A stretch of DNA of 64,000 nt from Carpediemonas membranifera BICM (GCA_019828565.1 JAHDYR010000012.1:1483780-1547779), one strand, 5' to 3'; counted from the stretch's first letter, positions 24,059-37,700 are shown. Notes: generated from the letters alone by a model not told the origin. Numbers and translations are program-made.

Positions 24059-25863
24059 ATGGATGTCTCGTCGATAGCTGCTGAACTTGGCATCCTGAGT
24101 AACCAAGCGAGAATTCTATGCGCTGAAATGCCTGGGGATCCGGCTTCATTGCTTGAGCAGGCGTTCTCTCTGTTCTGTCGTCAAACAGGCTGTACCATGG
24201 ACAACACGGAGCTCACGGAGGATCTAACCACAGAAGTTCTGTTAACGCATACTAGAATGATCGTTGATAGTATTAATCCTGTGTATGACGGGACGAGGAT
24301 TCTTCTTCAGCAAGCACAGACATTGATTGCCGCCCAATCGCCCAAAACACCAACAATCGTGGTATCTACAGACCGGGAGGGGATTTTGAGCCAGTATAGT
24401 GATGCTGGGTGGTCTCTAGATACCATCCCCTCTCATCTTCTCTGGCCCATTCTCGTTCAGGCTGGGGCTGACCCCCTCCTTCGCTCGAGGGCAGCAGCAC
24501 CTCTCTTCCTGAGCCAGCTGATGCTAGACGAGACGCTCAAGAGTGATAGGATGTCTCTACTCCCGCAGACCCCAGCCTATCGGCTTCTCGGGGGCCGGCT
24601 GTACCAGTCCTCTGAGTCTGCGGGCATGACACTCAACCCGAGGCAGAGAGCACAGCGGTTTATAAGACTCGGGACGCCGTATACATATCGTATTTACGTT
24701 GACGAGCACTGCCATGTATTTGCAGTGACTTCATCAGGACTGTTTGCATGGGGTGCGAACAAGTGCGGCGAGCTCGGCGTGGGGGGCCAGCCCGGGTTCA
24801 GGAGGAGGCCCGTGCACGCCGCCTCCCTCTCGAAAGACAGGCCGTTTGCCACCGTGTTCGCTGCTGCGAGGTCTGCTGAGCTGCCTCGCATGATCAGGGG
24901 TATCTGGACCTCGAGCGTCACTACTTTCGTCCTCACGCCAGCAGGCCTCTACTCCTGCGGCCTCAACACCCACGGCGCCCTCGGAGTGGCAGGCGGCGAA
25001 ATGACGTCGTCATTCCACCGTGTCGAGTTCCCCACACGAACCCCGGCGGCCGAGATCATCAGGGTCACGGCAACTCCGCACCGCTCTGCGATATTCACCA
25101 AGACCCGCACCTTTGTCTGTGGCCTGAACAAGAGTGGCGAGCTGGGGCTGGGCCACACCAGCATCGCGGTCACCCCGGCGCCCCTGCCCACCGTGGATCT
25201 GACACACGGCGGCGTGGAGAGTGGTGTTGTCGCCACGAGGGTCGACTGGCTGACCCCAGCCCACGACTTCGCCCTCATCCATGCGGGCACTGTGTGTGTC
25301 GCCGGGTGTCTTCGGCAGGACTCTGGGACAAAGAAGGAGAGCCTATTGTGGTACTATCTGAGGGGAGAGAACTTGCCGGTAACACGGCTGCCCTTCCCCT
25401 GGCCTGTGATCAGGTTTGGGGCGTCCAGCTTCGAGTTGCCGTCCGTTGTCTCGGCTGGCAATGCATTCGATGACGTGTACTTTACCCAGAGCGCCGTGGA
25501 CGGCAGCTGGCATGCTATGGGGCTCAATAGCTCGGGCCGACTCGGGGTTGGGTCGAAGGCGCCTGAGATCATCGAATGGACCAGATCCTGACTCCGCCGG
25601 GGAAACAGATTCAGTCGATATTTGTATCTATTAGGACCTCTGCCTTCGTGACAACGGACGGGACCATCTTTGCCTCAGGTTACGTCCCCGGCCTCGACTC
25701 AGCCTGCCCCGTGCCCGTGGAGGTCGAAGAGCTCCCCGTCCACCTGACCGCGGTGGATCAATGGGAGTGCGACCCCGACCTGACCAGAGTAGAGGCGCCC
25801 GCGAAGCTTGCTGCAGTGGGTCGAGGTGCAGGGCTGTTCCTTCATCGTTGGGGCATTTGGTGA
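24059..25863 (+). CDS. RCC1-repeat protein, frameshift near 25580
   Basis: repeats LFAWGANKCGELG, LYSCGLNTHGALG, FVCGLNKSGELG, AMGLNSSGRLG; the blade continues in the next frame (TSAFVTTDGTIFASG). Confidence 0.8.
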
Positions 25864-25979
25864 TACAGTATAAGACAGCCTCTGATAGCGCTGTGGTCGA
25901 CGGATCGCCACACGAGAGAAGGCGACCTCAGTGTCCGACTTAAAGCCCCATTTCAAGCCCATAAAGCCAATGCCATTGA

Positions 25980-26260
25980 GGGTCGAGTTGGGTCGACCGA
26001 GCATCGAGGTGGGCGGAGGGCGCCGGACCGCGCGCTACCGGAATACGTGGAGTGAGTATCGCTCTGCTGATTCCAGGAGCGCGCTGTCCGTTCGCGTCCG
26101 ACTCGTCATTTGGGGTCGAGACACAACTCGGCCCCTTATGTCGACTCTGAATAACCTGCCCACGGCCATGCTGCACCCATATATGCTGCAAGTGCACATC
26201 CATGGTAAATCAACGCAGAGGAGAGGAGGGACCAGGCGTGTGCGAGGGCAGGCCGGGAGG
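25980..26260 (+). repeat. Partial copy of a dispersed non-coding repeat
   Basis: first part is near-identical to ~42690-42830; last part is near-identical to ~47538-47600. Confidence 0.85.
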
Positions 26261-26378
26261 CGTTTATGTTCATGGTCAGATCTGACAAAACTTAAATCTC
26301 CGCGATAAAGCTCCTACAGGGCAGCTCTACTCACTGCCAGACCGGGCCGGCGATTTTGCTGACTCGGCTGACTGCGTC

Positions 26379-29300
26379 ATGCGACGAAATACTACGAAGC
26401 TCGAATCCATGGAAACTGTCAGCCACCAGTACGAACCACTGCTGGATGACGGCATTAAGGGGTTCGACGAGCTATCGGAGAACATCAATGACCCTGAGAA
26501 CCTCCTTCGTCAGTACAGAGTGAAGAGCATGGAAGTTATCCTTTATATGCAGGTTGTGCGGGACAAGATCCGCACCATCGGCGTCCAGAAGAACATTCTG
26601 ACTCAGATGGAGGACGAGGAGCGCCGCCGGCAGGAGGACTTGCAGGCAGCTGTTGCAGAGCTGGAATCCATCGCTGCCGCCCGCGCAGAGGAGGGCGCTC
26701 GCGCCGACCTGATCGTCTCGACGCTCCGTGCACAGGTGAAGGATCTCGAGTCCCGCAATGACGTCCTCATGCAGGCCGTGGATAAGGCGCGTGACCACAC
26801 GGCCCGGATCCGCTCCAGGGCTGCCCGACAGAGCATCGCCCTGCGCCAGACCGTTGTGGAGAACGCCACTGCGGTGTGCAGGCTGCAGACGCAGCTGGCG
26901 ACGACTGCCCAGCAGTACCAAGACCGCCTGTCGGCCGCCAGTGACAAGATTGCCGTGCTCGAGCAGGAGCTCGCCGACAAAACGCAGGAGAAGCTTGTGA
27001 GGTCTGACGACGCGACTGACCTGATGGCGGTGCACTCGGTCATCAGCCGGTGGCGGCCCGCTGTGCTCGGGGACGACGCCAAGCCCGGCAAGGCAGGCGT
27101 CGGAGCGGACGTGGAGCGGATGCTCGAAGCATTGGTGGACCGCATCGAGACGCTGGAGGCCGAGACAGATGTGCTCCGGACCGAGCTGGACGAGGCTCAC
27201 CAGAAGGTCCACCGCGGCGCCCTGCAGGGTGTGCTGCGGGGCATGTCGCCGGGCCGGTCCCGCAAGCCCAAGCCGAAGATGGTCGCCCCAGCCCCCGCGA
27301 TGCCCGACAGCCCCGACCAGCCCGCCCAGAGGGACACGTCGGCCGCGGGCCTGCTGGAGAAGCCGCTGGCCCTGCTCCGGGGGTCACCCGACCCCAGTCA
27401 ATACGCTGACCTGTGGGGCAGCTGCATCGCCGCCGTCGCGGAGGTCGTCAAGGCGCGCGGTCCTGAGTGCGCCTCCGCTGCGGCCGAGCTGGGCGGGGCC
27501 CCCGTGCTGTCCGCCGCCCTTACCGTCCCCACCCTCGCCCCCGCCGCCCTCGAGGTGCTGGGCACGGTCTGCGATGACCCCCGCTTCGCCCGGGCCTTCG
27601 CGGACCTGGGATCCGAGGCAGTGGACGGTCTTGTCGCACTGGGTGAGGCCCACGACACCGGACCCGCTGCACTCGAGGCCCTCGCCATGCTCGCATCGGA
27701 GTTGCCCGTGCGGCAGGCTGTGATGACGCATGTCGGCCGCGTTGTCAGCATCTGCACCCGGCCAGGCCCCAACCGCGCGGCCACGCCCGGGCTCGAGCTC
27801 CTGAGAGTGCTCGCTGGGGACAAGACGGCGAGGGAGGTCGTGACCCAGCACCTGCCCGCTGTCGTGCCGCATCTGGCGGTGCACGAGGGCATGACCGCCG
27901 AGGATGTGACGCGTGTGACTGTGGCGACCCGTCTGCTGTCGCTGCTGCTCACCGTGACAGACGCCCGCGTCGCCATCCGTAAGCAGGGCGGCATCGGACC
28001 GCTCGTCGAGTGCCTGACGATTGACGACAACGAGGTGACGCGCCATGCCATCGGGGCCCTCATCAACGTCAGCCTCAACATCCGAAACAAGGACGAGGTC
28101 CGCAAGGTCGGCGGGCTCGAGGCCCTCCTGGACGCCGTCCGCGTGCCCGACGTCGAGATCAAGCGCCTGGCCGCCCGAGCCCTCTGCAACCTGGCGATCA
28201 ACAGCGACAACTGCGCCCTGCTGCACGCCCGGGACGCCGCCGAGCTCTTCACACCGCTCCTGTCGACCCCGGACCACACGCTCCACCGCTACGCCCTCCG
28301 CTTCATGACGGCGCTGTTCACCGGCGACCTCGGGCTGCCCGTCCCCGGCATGGTCCTGGACGCAGCCTGGAGGGCTCTCACCAGGGCTGACTCACCCGAC
28401 GAGACCGTGTCCGAGGCTGCCAAGTCGTACACCGCATGCCTGCTGCAGGTGCTGGATGCCCCCAAGGTCGACCTGGCCAAGCTGCCCCTCGACATCGAGG
28501 ACCTCCCCGCCTCCCCCTATGCAAGGCTGCTGGAGACCGCGAGGATGTTCACGGCCTTCTTCGGCCGCCGCGCACACGTCCCCACGCCATCCTCCATGGT
28601 CTGCCGGGTCGACCGGGGCTTCACCGTCCCCCCGGAGCTCGTGCCCCCAGCGACTGACTACCCCGTCGTGGCGGGACTCGTCGAGGCCCAGGTCCGTCTG
28701 GCCGCCCAGGGCACTGTGACAGCCTCGCTCCAGCCCCTGCTGCTGCTGGCCTCGCTGCTGGGGCGCATCCCCGCGTTCAGGGCCGGTCTGGTCGACTCGT
28801 GCCCGGACATCCCTGCCCTTGTCCTGCGGGCAGCGGCGGACATGGTGGACGCCGTCATCCGCAGCCTCCTCGACGGGCAGTTCAAGCTGACTGGGACGCT
28901 GAGCATCCTGGTCGACGCCCTTGCCTGCATCACCACCTTCACGTCGAGCGCCGACTCCCGCGACGCAGTACTTGGCGCAGAGGGTGCGGCAGAAGCCATC
29001 GTCGCCCTCCTCTCGCACGTCGCCCGGTTCACACAGACTCAGGTCGACCTGACCCGCCGCGTCATGATGCGCCCTGAGGACAACGACAGGATGCGGGCCA
29101 CGCTGGCCGTTGGGTCGGCGCTGACGGCGACTGTCACCGAGCTGGCCGCCACGGCGACCTCAATGAGGAACGCCTTCCGACTCGTCCAAGCCGGCGCGCT
29201 GGACCCGCTCCGCCGCATGCTCCACACTGTGCCAACCCCTCCGGACGTGGACGACCCCGCCAAGCGGCTGGTGTCGTACGCCGGGTCGACCCTCCAGCCC

Positions 29301-29930
29301 CCGCCAGAGACCGTGGCTACCGTCAGGGGCGCGCTACAGGTGCTGCTGCCGCTGTCGCGGATCAAGGAGGGCTGGGCGGACCTGGGGACGCCCGAGTACA
29401 TGGGCCTCGTGCTCAACGCCCTGCTGCTCGACGACATCACTGTTGCTCTGCTCGTCATCCGCATCGCTGAGACCGCCCCGGCCCGGCAGCTCGCAGCCCT
29501 TCTGGCCTCGTCCGCGAACTCACACATCCTCGTCAAGATCCTTTTCTGTGCCGGCCCCGCAGTTTTGCCCGAGTCGACGGCGATCAAGAACTTCACTGGC
29601 GCCCGTGACGCCGAGCTGCGGCGCGTGTGCGGCTCCCTTGTGCGGTCCTTGTCCCGCGAGCGCGTGTTCATCAAGGCCGTCGCCGCCTCTGTCTCGGCTG
29701 TTGGCAGCTTCCACGCCTTCCAGCAGCGGGCCCAGGATCATCCCGAGTCCCGCCACCCCGACCCGGACGCCGAGCCCCGTCGGTCGAGGCCGAACTCGAT
29801 CCCCCGCAACAGGGCCGGGAGCGTACAGTCGGTGCAGTCTATGGAGCGGGCCGGATCCGAGGCGACGCTGGGGTCCTATTCGAGCCAGTACCGGCGGAAG
29901 GGAAGCCCGTACCGCATCAGGCGGCAGTAA
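26379..29930 (+). CDS. Coiled-coil plus armadillo-repeat protein (1183 aa)
   Basis: N-terminal heptads; ARM repeats GGIGPLVECL...AIGALINVS, GGLEALLDAV...AARALCNLA. Confidence 0.88.
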   Translation: MRRNTTKLESMETVSHQYEPLLDDGIKGFDELSENINDPENLLRQYRVKSMEVILYMQVVRDKIRTIGVQKNILTQMEDEERRRQEDLQAAVAELESIAAARAEEGARADLIVSTLRAQVKDLESRNDVLMQAVDKARDHTARIRSRAARQSIALRQTVVENATAVCRLQTQLATTAQQYQDRLSAASDKIAVLEQELADKTQEKLVRSDDATDLMAVHSVISRWRPAVLGDDAKPGKAGVGADVERMLEALVDRIETLEAETDVLRTELDEAHQKVHRGALQGVLRGMSPGRSRKPKPKMVAPAPAMPDSPDQPAQRDTSAAGLLEKPLALLRGSPDPSQYADLWGSCIAAVAEVVKARGPECASAAAELGGAPVLSAALTVPTLAPAALEVLGTVCDDPRFARAFADLGSEAVDGLVALGEAHDTGPAALEALAMLASELPVRQAVMTHVGRVVSICTRPGPNRAATPGLELLRVLAGDKTAREVVTQHLPAVVPHLAVHEGMTAEDVTRVTVATRLLSLLLTVTDARVAIRKQGGIGPLVECLTIDDNEVTRHAIGALINVSLNIRNKDEVRKVGGLEALLDAVRVPDVEIKRLAARALCNLAINSDNCALLHARDAAELFTPLLSTPDHTLHRYALRFMTALFTGDLGLPVPGMVLDAAWRALTRADSPDETVSEAAKSYTACLLQVLDAPKVDLAKLPLDIEDLPASPYARLLETARMFTAFFGRRAHVPTPSSMVCRVDRGFTVPPELVPPATDYPVVAGLVEAQVRLAAQGTVTASLQPLLLLASLLGRIPAFRAGLVDSCPDIPALVLRAAADMVDAVIRSLLDGQFKLTGTLSILVDALACITTFTSSADSRDAVLGAEGAAEAIVALLSHVARFTQTQVDLTRRVMMRPEDNDRMRATLAVGSALTATVTELAATATSMRNAFRLVQAGALDPLRRMLHTVPTPPDVDDPAKRLVSYAGSTLQPPPETVATVRGALQVLLPLSRIKEGWADLGTPEYMGLVLNALLLDDITVALLVIRIAETAPARQLAALLASSANSHILVKILFCAGPAVLPESTAIKNFTGARDAELRRVCGSLVRSLSRERVFIKAVAASVSAVGSFHAFQQRAQDHPESRHPDPDAEPRRSRPNSIPRNRAGSVQSVQSMERAGSEATLGSYSSQYRRKGSPYRIRRQ

Positions 29931-30083
29931 ATGCTACATTATGTTTGCTATATCAGGTTGGCCAGGGACAGAGTCACCTCCTATCGCCGTCCGGTAATTC
30001 CTGGCGTATTCCACACACCAGTCTGATGAGCAAGATGAGGACTCGTGTTCCGACTGCACGCTCTCCGAATCTTCGTTGCCTAT

Positions 30084-33000
30084 TGTGCTATTGAAGGGTC
30101 AAACAATGTGTTTACTGAGGAGGTTTAGACCCGTGGTGGTGTAAATGGTCCAAACTAGGGGATTTGAATGCATCACTACCCCCCCTCCTTCAATGCGATG
30201 TCTAATCCTGCCGAGTGCCATTTGATTGGCGGGCCGACATTCTGAGCTTCAAATCATCAAACCGCTTCATGGCTTCCTCTAGGGGTGTATTCACCTGCAG
30301 GTACTGCTGAAGTATCGCATTGCCTCTCATATCCTCGTCTGTTGGGTTTCTCCACGTGTCGTCTGCTGGTTCGTATCCTAACCAGCGCACCTTCACCTCT
30401 GGCGTCTTCATCACGTCCTTCTTGATCCTGTGCGTGACGATCTCTTTGATATACGTGTGCATACGGTCCTTGGCGCATTCTGCCTTCGCCTTCTCCTCAT
30501 CCCAGTCGCCTTCTGCGAGCTTCAGATGCTTCACGTGCTTCTTATACGTCTTGTTCGTCTCGGGGTCCCTTATCACGAACGAGCTGGCGTTTCCAGGTGC
30601 CTTCTTGACCACCTGAAGTGGGCCTCTCCATCGTAGCTGGTACTTCCCTCTCTGTTCTGCATCCCTGTCGACCATGACCCACGCCTTGGCTGTGATACGG
30701 GTCGGTGTCCTCTTGTTGTGCTTGTCCTGTCTGGCCTTGGCCGCGTCGTACGTCTTCTTCGCCGCGTCCCTGCGCTGTTGAGCTCTCATCTTCTCGTTCC
30801 GGACCATCTTGTCAATGACGTCCGTAACGTCGGCTCTCTCCTGGTTCGACAGTGTCATCTTCCCTTCCCGCTCTGTGGACACCACTAGCTTCCAGGGTGA
30901 CGTGCCTGTCGTGGCAGATCTAGCCTGGTTGATGATGTTCTGAACCGCTGGCAGTAGGCCCATCCATTGCTTCGTGCCGCGCTGATGCATCTCGTCCCTG
31001 AGGTGGCGGTTCACTTCGCGATTCCTGCGCTCAACGATCCCATTCTCCTCGTGATGGTACGGGGTGGTCGTCTTCGCGCCCCCGCCTAGCTCTGCCGCGA
31101 ACGACTTGAACTCCTTCGAGTCGAACTGCCGTCCGCTATCGGTCACCCACTCGACCGGGGGCGGGAAGTGTGTGAGGTATCTTTCCCTGATTGCTCTGAT
31201 GGTGGCGGCGGAGGTCACCGTCTTCAGTGGGCACAGGGTGACCCACCTCGTCGACTCCTCCACCAGCACCAGGATGTACCGGTAACCCTGGTCTGCCTCT
31301 GCCATGTTGATGGTGTCGGCGAACACGCGACTGAACGGCGACGCTGGCATGCGCAGCTGCTCCTGATATTGCTCGCGTGACCGGTGTTCGGCGTTCTTCT
31401 GGCACACGGGGCACTCCTTAACCATCCTCTGGACGTCCGTGTCCGCAGTGTCCCAGCGCAATCCCTTATCCTCGAGCTTCCACAGCGTCTGGTCAACCCC
31501 GTGGTGACCGGTGCCAGGTCCGTGAACGGACTTGAAGCGTGGCAGCTTCTGGGACTCGGGTATGGCCGGGAACGTGCCCTCCTCTTCGGGCTCGGCGTCA
31601 AGGGTGTCGCCCTCGTCTGTCCCGGCTGCTTCCTCGGTGTCGCTTTCGTCTGCCTCGTCGCGCTCGCGGTCAGGCTGTCCTGCCGCCTCTTCGCGGAACC
31701 GAACTCTCGGCTCGTCGGCGGCGACTTCTTCCGACTCTTCCTCCGCTGCGTCGACTGCACACATCACGGACACGATCGCACCCTGCTGCTCTGGTGTCAG
31801 GCTCTCGGCTTCTGCGCGGGGCATTCTGGACAGGCCGTCCGCGACCGTATTAGACTTACCAGGCACGTGGGTGATGCTGAACTTGAGGTTGCCCAGCTCA
31901 AGTGCCCAGCGCTGCACCATGGGGTCGACGTTGCCCCACGTGTACACGAGGTTACGGTGGTCCGTGAACATCTCAAACTCCCTTGTGGCTAGGAACCGTC
32001 TCATCTTCCTCGTGGCCGCTATGATGGCGAATGCCTCCTTGCGGTAGGTGCTCCACTTGCGCTGGCTTGCTGTCAGGGCCTTGGAGAAGAACATCACAGG
32101 TCGCTTCGACCCGTCGTCCTCGACTCTGACCAGCACTGCGCCGACACCGGTGTCGGACGCGTCGGTGAACAGCTGTAGGCGGTCGTCAGGGCCCGGTGTG
32201 ACCAACAGTGTGGGGGAGGTGACGATCTTCTTCAGTCTCTTGAACGCCTCTCTCTGGGGGTCGCCCCACACGAACGTCTGGCCCTTGATCTCCAGCTTGC
32301 GGATCGGCTCGGTGATGTCCGCGTAGCCGGGGATGAACTGGGAGAAGAAGTTGAAGATGCCCAATGTGGACCTGACGTCACTCACGTTTGTCGGGTCGGG
32401 CAGCTCCTGGACACCCTGGACGCGCCATGGGGGATGCGCTTTCCCTCCGCCGACACTATCCATCCGAGGTACTCCACCTCCGTCAACCCGAAAAAGCACT
32501 TGTTCTTGTTGAGCTTCAGCTTCTTCTCTCGCACCCGGTCCATCACCCGCATCAGGTTCGCCTGGTACTCTTCCCAGGTCGACCCATAGACGATGATGTC
32601 GTCCACGTACACAAGACACGCCGTGCCCAGCATGTCCGCGAAAGCCTCCTCTAAGGCCTCTTGCATATGGCCAGCCGCGGTGGCAAGGCCGAACGGCATC
32701 GTAGTGTAGGTATAGTGCCCCTTGGAGTACGTGAACGCCAGGTACTCCTGTGTGTCGGGGTGCACCGGGACCTGATGGAAGGCCTTGCTGAGGTCAAGTG
32801 CTGCGAAGTACTTGTTGCCCCTCAGCCTCTCGATCAGCTCTTCCGTCGACGGCAAGTCGTGCTGAGTCATGGACGCCAGGAGCTCGTTCAGTGGCGAGTA
32901 GTCCATGCACGGCCGCCACGTCCCGGCCTTCTTCCGCACCATGACCACTGAGCTGCTCCAGGGAGACTTGGTTGGGATGATGATCCCGCTTTCCTCCAGC

Positions 33001-34727
33001 TTCTGCATCTCTGACCGGAGTTCATCCTCCACCTGTCTTGGGAACCTTCGGGGCAGACGGAAGTAGGGTCGGGCGTCCTTCTTCAGCGTGACCTTGAACG
33101 GCTTAAGGTCTGCTGGTTCGCCTGCATCGCCGAAGCAGTCGCTGTATCTCTCGGCCCAGTCCTCTGTGAGCTTGGAGATGACCTGGATGGGGTCTGCTTC
33201 GGTGTCAAGGTTGCGGTTGATTAGGCCGAGGGAGTCAATCACCTCCATGTTGATGAGGAACGACTCGGCCTTGTCCATCGCATACCAGGTCGGCGTCGCG
33301 GTGACCTCTCTGTCGAGGTGGAGGGTGATCGGCACATCTGACAACACTCGGTAGACCCTCCTCATCGACTCGTCAGCCAAGCGGACTGTCTCGCCCCGCG
33401 TGGCGATCTTCAGTCCCTTCTCGACGGCCCAGTCCCTCGGCACGACGCTGAACGAGGAGCAGGTGTCCATGCGGACGATCAACTCTTCGCCCAGCAGACT
33501 GGCCTTCTCCTGCCAGATAGTCTTGGACGCTAACATAAAACAGAAAGGATACTCAGATGGCTTTACAACTGTGCACTGGTGCGACTTGTGGCCGAACTCG
33601 CCGCACCTGAAGCACTTCGGCTCCTCGTGTGGGCAGTCGGCCGAGTCGTGACCCTTTTCGCCGCAGTTGAAGCAGCCGCGGCCCCCTTGCCGCCGCTCAG
33701 GCTTGGCCCCCTCGGCCGCGCCGTCATTGCGTCTGCGCTCTCCCGTCCTCGCTGGCATCTTCCGCTCCTCTCTCGGCTTGCTCTGCAGTGACTCGAGCTG
33801 CTTCTGTAGGGCCGCGAGCCGGCTGCTCGGCACCAGGTCAAACTCTCGCATGGCATCTGTTCGGGCCCGTAGGTACTTTGCTATGACCTTCAACGACTTC
33901 GCGACTGTTGACTTGGAAAGAACAACAGAGCGAAGAGACGATGCGATCGTCTCGTCATCGAGGCTCGCCAGAACGATCTCCTGGAGCTCTCTAGCATCCA
34001 GGGATCCGACCTTCTCGAACAGATCTACCATATCCGTGAACACATGGCGGTAACGGGTGAAAGAGGTCTCACGGAGCTTGCGAAGCTCGCGGTACGCGCG
34101 CTGAAGACTGATATTGGTTAGTGTGGCCTCAGCCATCACCACCCAGCGCTCATCGCGCTTCCTCCTCGTTGTCTTCGCCTCCTTCTTCTCTTGGTCTTGA
34201 GCCATGATGTACCGGAGCAAAGCGTCGTCCCGGGCGGTCGTCTTGCCGCTTGTCTTCTTCTTCCGGGCCGGGTTAGCGATGAGTGTGCTCCGGGCGTCAT
34301 CCTCGGAGTCGCTCTGGGCGTGCGCGTCTTCGCCGCCCCTGCTGCTGTCGCTACCCTCGTTGGCGCTGAACATCTCCTCGTCGTCTTCACTCGAGCTGTC
34401 AGAGCTGTCATCGGAGCTTTCGTCGTCCTCCAGAGCTTGGTATGCGTCCTTGATACTTGTTCTCACTTTCGCGTCGATGCACTCGAAGAGGGTCTTCGGC
34501 TTGACCTCATCTTCAGCATAGAGTGCGTAGCTCATGCGGAACCTCACCCAGTCGGCTGCAGTGTGCCGGAGATACTTCGGGTAAGTCCCTTTTGGGTCGT
34601 CGTCATCGTCATCCTTCTTCATGCGTAGTAATTACTGTGCTATTGAAGGGTCAAACAATGTGTTTACTGAGGAGGTTTAGACCCGTGGTGGTGTAAATGG
34701 TCCAAACTAGGGGATTTGAATGCATCA
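30084..34727 (-). mobile_element. Ty3/Gypsy chromovirus F, copy 1; 92-bp LTRs 34636-34727 and 30084-30175; TSD CCTAT
   Basis: gag (2 CCHC), protease (RMDTCSS), RT (YVDD), RNase H, integrase and chromodomain 34622-30202; one G missing in a homopolymer near 32430; PPT GAAGGAGGGGGGGTAG. Confidence 0.96.
34627..34636 (-). promoter_or_regulatory. Palindromic PBS-position motif AGTAATTACT (element F copy 1; also 39278-39287 in copy 2)
   Basis: perfect 10-nt palindrome at the 5' LTR boundary. Confidence 0.85.
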
Positions 34728-34732
34728 CCTAT

Positions 34733-37700
34733 TGTGCTATTGAAGGGTCAAACAATGTGTTTACTGAGGAGGTTTAGACCCGTGGTGGTGTAAATGGTCC
34801 AAACTAGGGGATTTGAATGCATCACTACCCCCCCTCCTTCAATGCGATGTCTAATCCTGCCGAGTGCCATTTGATTGGCGGGCCGACATTCTGAGCTTCA
34901 AATCATCAAACCGCTTCATGGCTTCCTCTAGGGGTGTATTCACCTGCAGGTACTGCTGAAGTATCGCATTGCCTCTCATATCCTCGTCTGTTGGGTTTCT
35001 CCACGTGTCGTCTGCTGGTTCGTATCCTAACCAGCGCACCTTCACCTCTGGCGTCTTCATCACGTCCTTCTTGATCCTGTGCGTGACGATCTCTTTGATA
35101 TACGTGTGCATACGGTCCTTGGCGCATTCTGCCTTCGCCTTCTCCTCATCCCAGTCGCCTTCTGCGAGCTTCAGATGCTTCACGTGCTTCTTATACGTCT
35201 TGTTCGTCTCGGGGTCCCTTATCACGAACGAGCTGGCGTTTCCAGGTGCCTTCTTGACCACCTGAAGTGGGCCTCTCCATCGTAGCTGGTACTTCCCTCT
35301 CTGTTCTGCATCCCTGTCGACCATGACCCACGCCTTGGCTGTGATACGGGTCGGTGTCCTCTTGTTGTGCTTGTCCTGTCTGGCCTTGGCCGCGTCGTAC
35401 GTCTTCTTCGCCGCGTCCCTGCGCTGTTGAGCTCTCATCTTCTCGTTCCGGACCATCTTGTCAATGACGTCCGTAACGTCGGCTCTCTCCTGGTTCGACA
35501 GTGTCATCTTCCCTTCCCGCTCTGTGGACACCACTAGCTTCCAGGGTGACGTGCCTGTCGTGGCAGATCTAGCCTGGTTGATGATGTTCTGAACCGCTGG
35601 CAGTAGGCCCATCCATTGCTTCGTGCCGCGCTGATGCATCTCGTCCCTGAGGTGGCGGTTCACTTCGCGATTCCTGCGCTCAACGATCCCATTCTCCTCG
35701 TGATGGTACGGGGTGGTCGTCTTCGCGCCCCCGCCTAGCTCTGCCGCGAACGACTTGAACTCCTTCGAGTCGAACTGCCGTCCGCTATCGGTCACCCACT
35801 CGACCGGGGGCGGGAAGTGTGTGAGGTATCTTTCCCTGATTGCTCTGATGGTGGCGGCGGAGGTCACCGTCTTCAGTGGGCACAGGGTGACCCACCTCGT
35901 CGACTCCTCCACCAGCACCAGGATGTACCGGTAACCCTGGTCTGCCTCTGCCATGTTGATGGTGTCGGCGAACACGCGACTGAACGGCGACGCTGGCATG
36001 CGCAGCTGCTCCTGATATTGCTCGCGTGACCGGTGTTCGGCGTTCTTCTGGCACACGGGGCACTCCTTAACCATCCTCTGGACGTCCGTGTCCGCAGTGT
36101 CCCAGCGCAATCCCTTATCCTCGAGCTTCCACAGCGTCTGGTCAACCCCGTGGTGACCGGTGCCAGGTCCGTGAACGGACTTGAAGCGTGGCAGCTTCTG
36201 GGACTCGGGTATGGCCGGGAACGTGCCCTCCTCTTCGGGCTCGGCGTCAAGGGTGTCGCCCTCGTCTGTCCCGGCTGCTTCCTCGGTGTCGCTTTCGTCT
36301 GCCTCGTCGCGCTCGCGGTCAGGCTGTCCTGCCGCCTCTTCGCGGAACCGAACTCTCGGCTCGTCGGCGGCGACTTCTTCCGACTCTTCCTCCGCTGCGT
36401 CGACTGCACACATCACGGACACGATCGCACCCTGCTGCTCTGGTGTCAGGCTCTCGGCTTCTGCGCGGGGCATTCTGGACAGGCCGTCCGCGACCGTATT
36501 AGACTTACCAGGCACGTGGGTGATGCTGAACTTGAGGTTGCCCAGCTCAAGTGCCCAGCGCTGCACCATGGGGTCGACGTTGCCCCACGTGTACACGAGG
36601 TTACGGTGGTCCGTGAACATCTCAAACTCCCTTGTGGCTAGGAACCGTCTCATCTTCCTCGTGGCCGCTATGATGGCGAATGCCTCCTTGCGGTAGGTGC
36701 TCCACTTGCGCTGGCTTGCTGTCAGGGCCTTGGAGAAGAACATCACAGGTCGCTTCGACCCGTCGTCCTCGACTCTGACCAGCACTGCGCCGACACCGGT
36801 GTCGGACGCGTCGGTGAACAGCTGTAGGCGGTCGTCAGGGCCCGGTGTGACCAACAGTGTGGGGGAGGTGACGATCTTCTTCAGTCTCTTGAACGCCTCT
36901 CTCTGGGGGTCGCCCCACACGAACGTCTGGCCCTTGATCTCCAGCTTGCGGATCGGCTCGGTGATGTCCGCGTAGCCGGGGATGAACTGGGAGAAGAAGT
37001 TGAAGATGCCCAATGTGGACCTGACGTCACTCACGTTTGTCGGGTCGGGCAGCTCCTGGACACCCTGGACGCGCCATGGGGGGATGCGCTTTCCCTCCGC
37101 CGACACTATCCATCCGAGGTACTCCACCTCCGTCAACCCGAAAAAGCACTTGTTCTTGTTGAGCTTCAGCTTCTTCTCTCGCACCCGGTCCATCACCCGC
37201 ATCAGGTTCGCCTGGTACTCTTCCCAGGTCGACCCATAGACGATGATGTCGTCCACGTACACAAGACACGCCGTGCCCAGCATGTCCGCGAAAGCCTCCT
37301 CTAAGGCCTCTTGCATATGGCCAGCCGCGGTGGCAAGGCCGAACGGCATCGTAGTGTAGGTATAGTGCCCCTTGGAGTACGTGAACGCCAGGTACTCCTG
37401 TGTGTCGGGGTGCACCGGGACCTGATGGAAGGCCTTGCTGAGGTCAAGTGCTGCGAAGTACTTGTTGCCCCTCAGCCTCTCGATCAGCTCTTCCGTCGAC
37501 GGCAAGTCGTGCTGAGTCATGGACGCCAGGAGCTCGTTCAGTGGCGAGTAGTCCATGCACGGCCGCCACGTCCCGGCCTTCTTCCGCACCATGACCACTG
37601 AGCTGCTCCAGGGAGACTTGGTTGGGATGATGATCCCGCTTTCCTCCAGCTTCTGCATCTCTGACCGGAGTTCATCCTCCACCTGTCTTGGGAACCTTCG

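Noticed and set aside
26472-29756. Many long antisense and alternative-frame ORFs over the ARM gene and the pol genes
   Set aside because: Shadow ORFs expected from GC-rich codon usage; no recognisable domains.
29931-30083. Possible upstream exon of the WD40 gene, implying that element F disrupted its coding region (the empty site gives an open frame; 28-nt GT-AG at 29994-30021)
   Set aside because: The putative intron lacks the TNAC-N-YAG end seen in the other six, the ATG would abut the previous stop codon, and a plausible start exists at 39418 or 39451. Left unresolved without RNA data.
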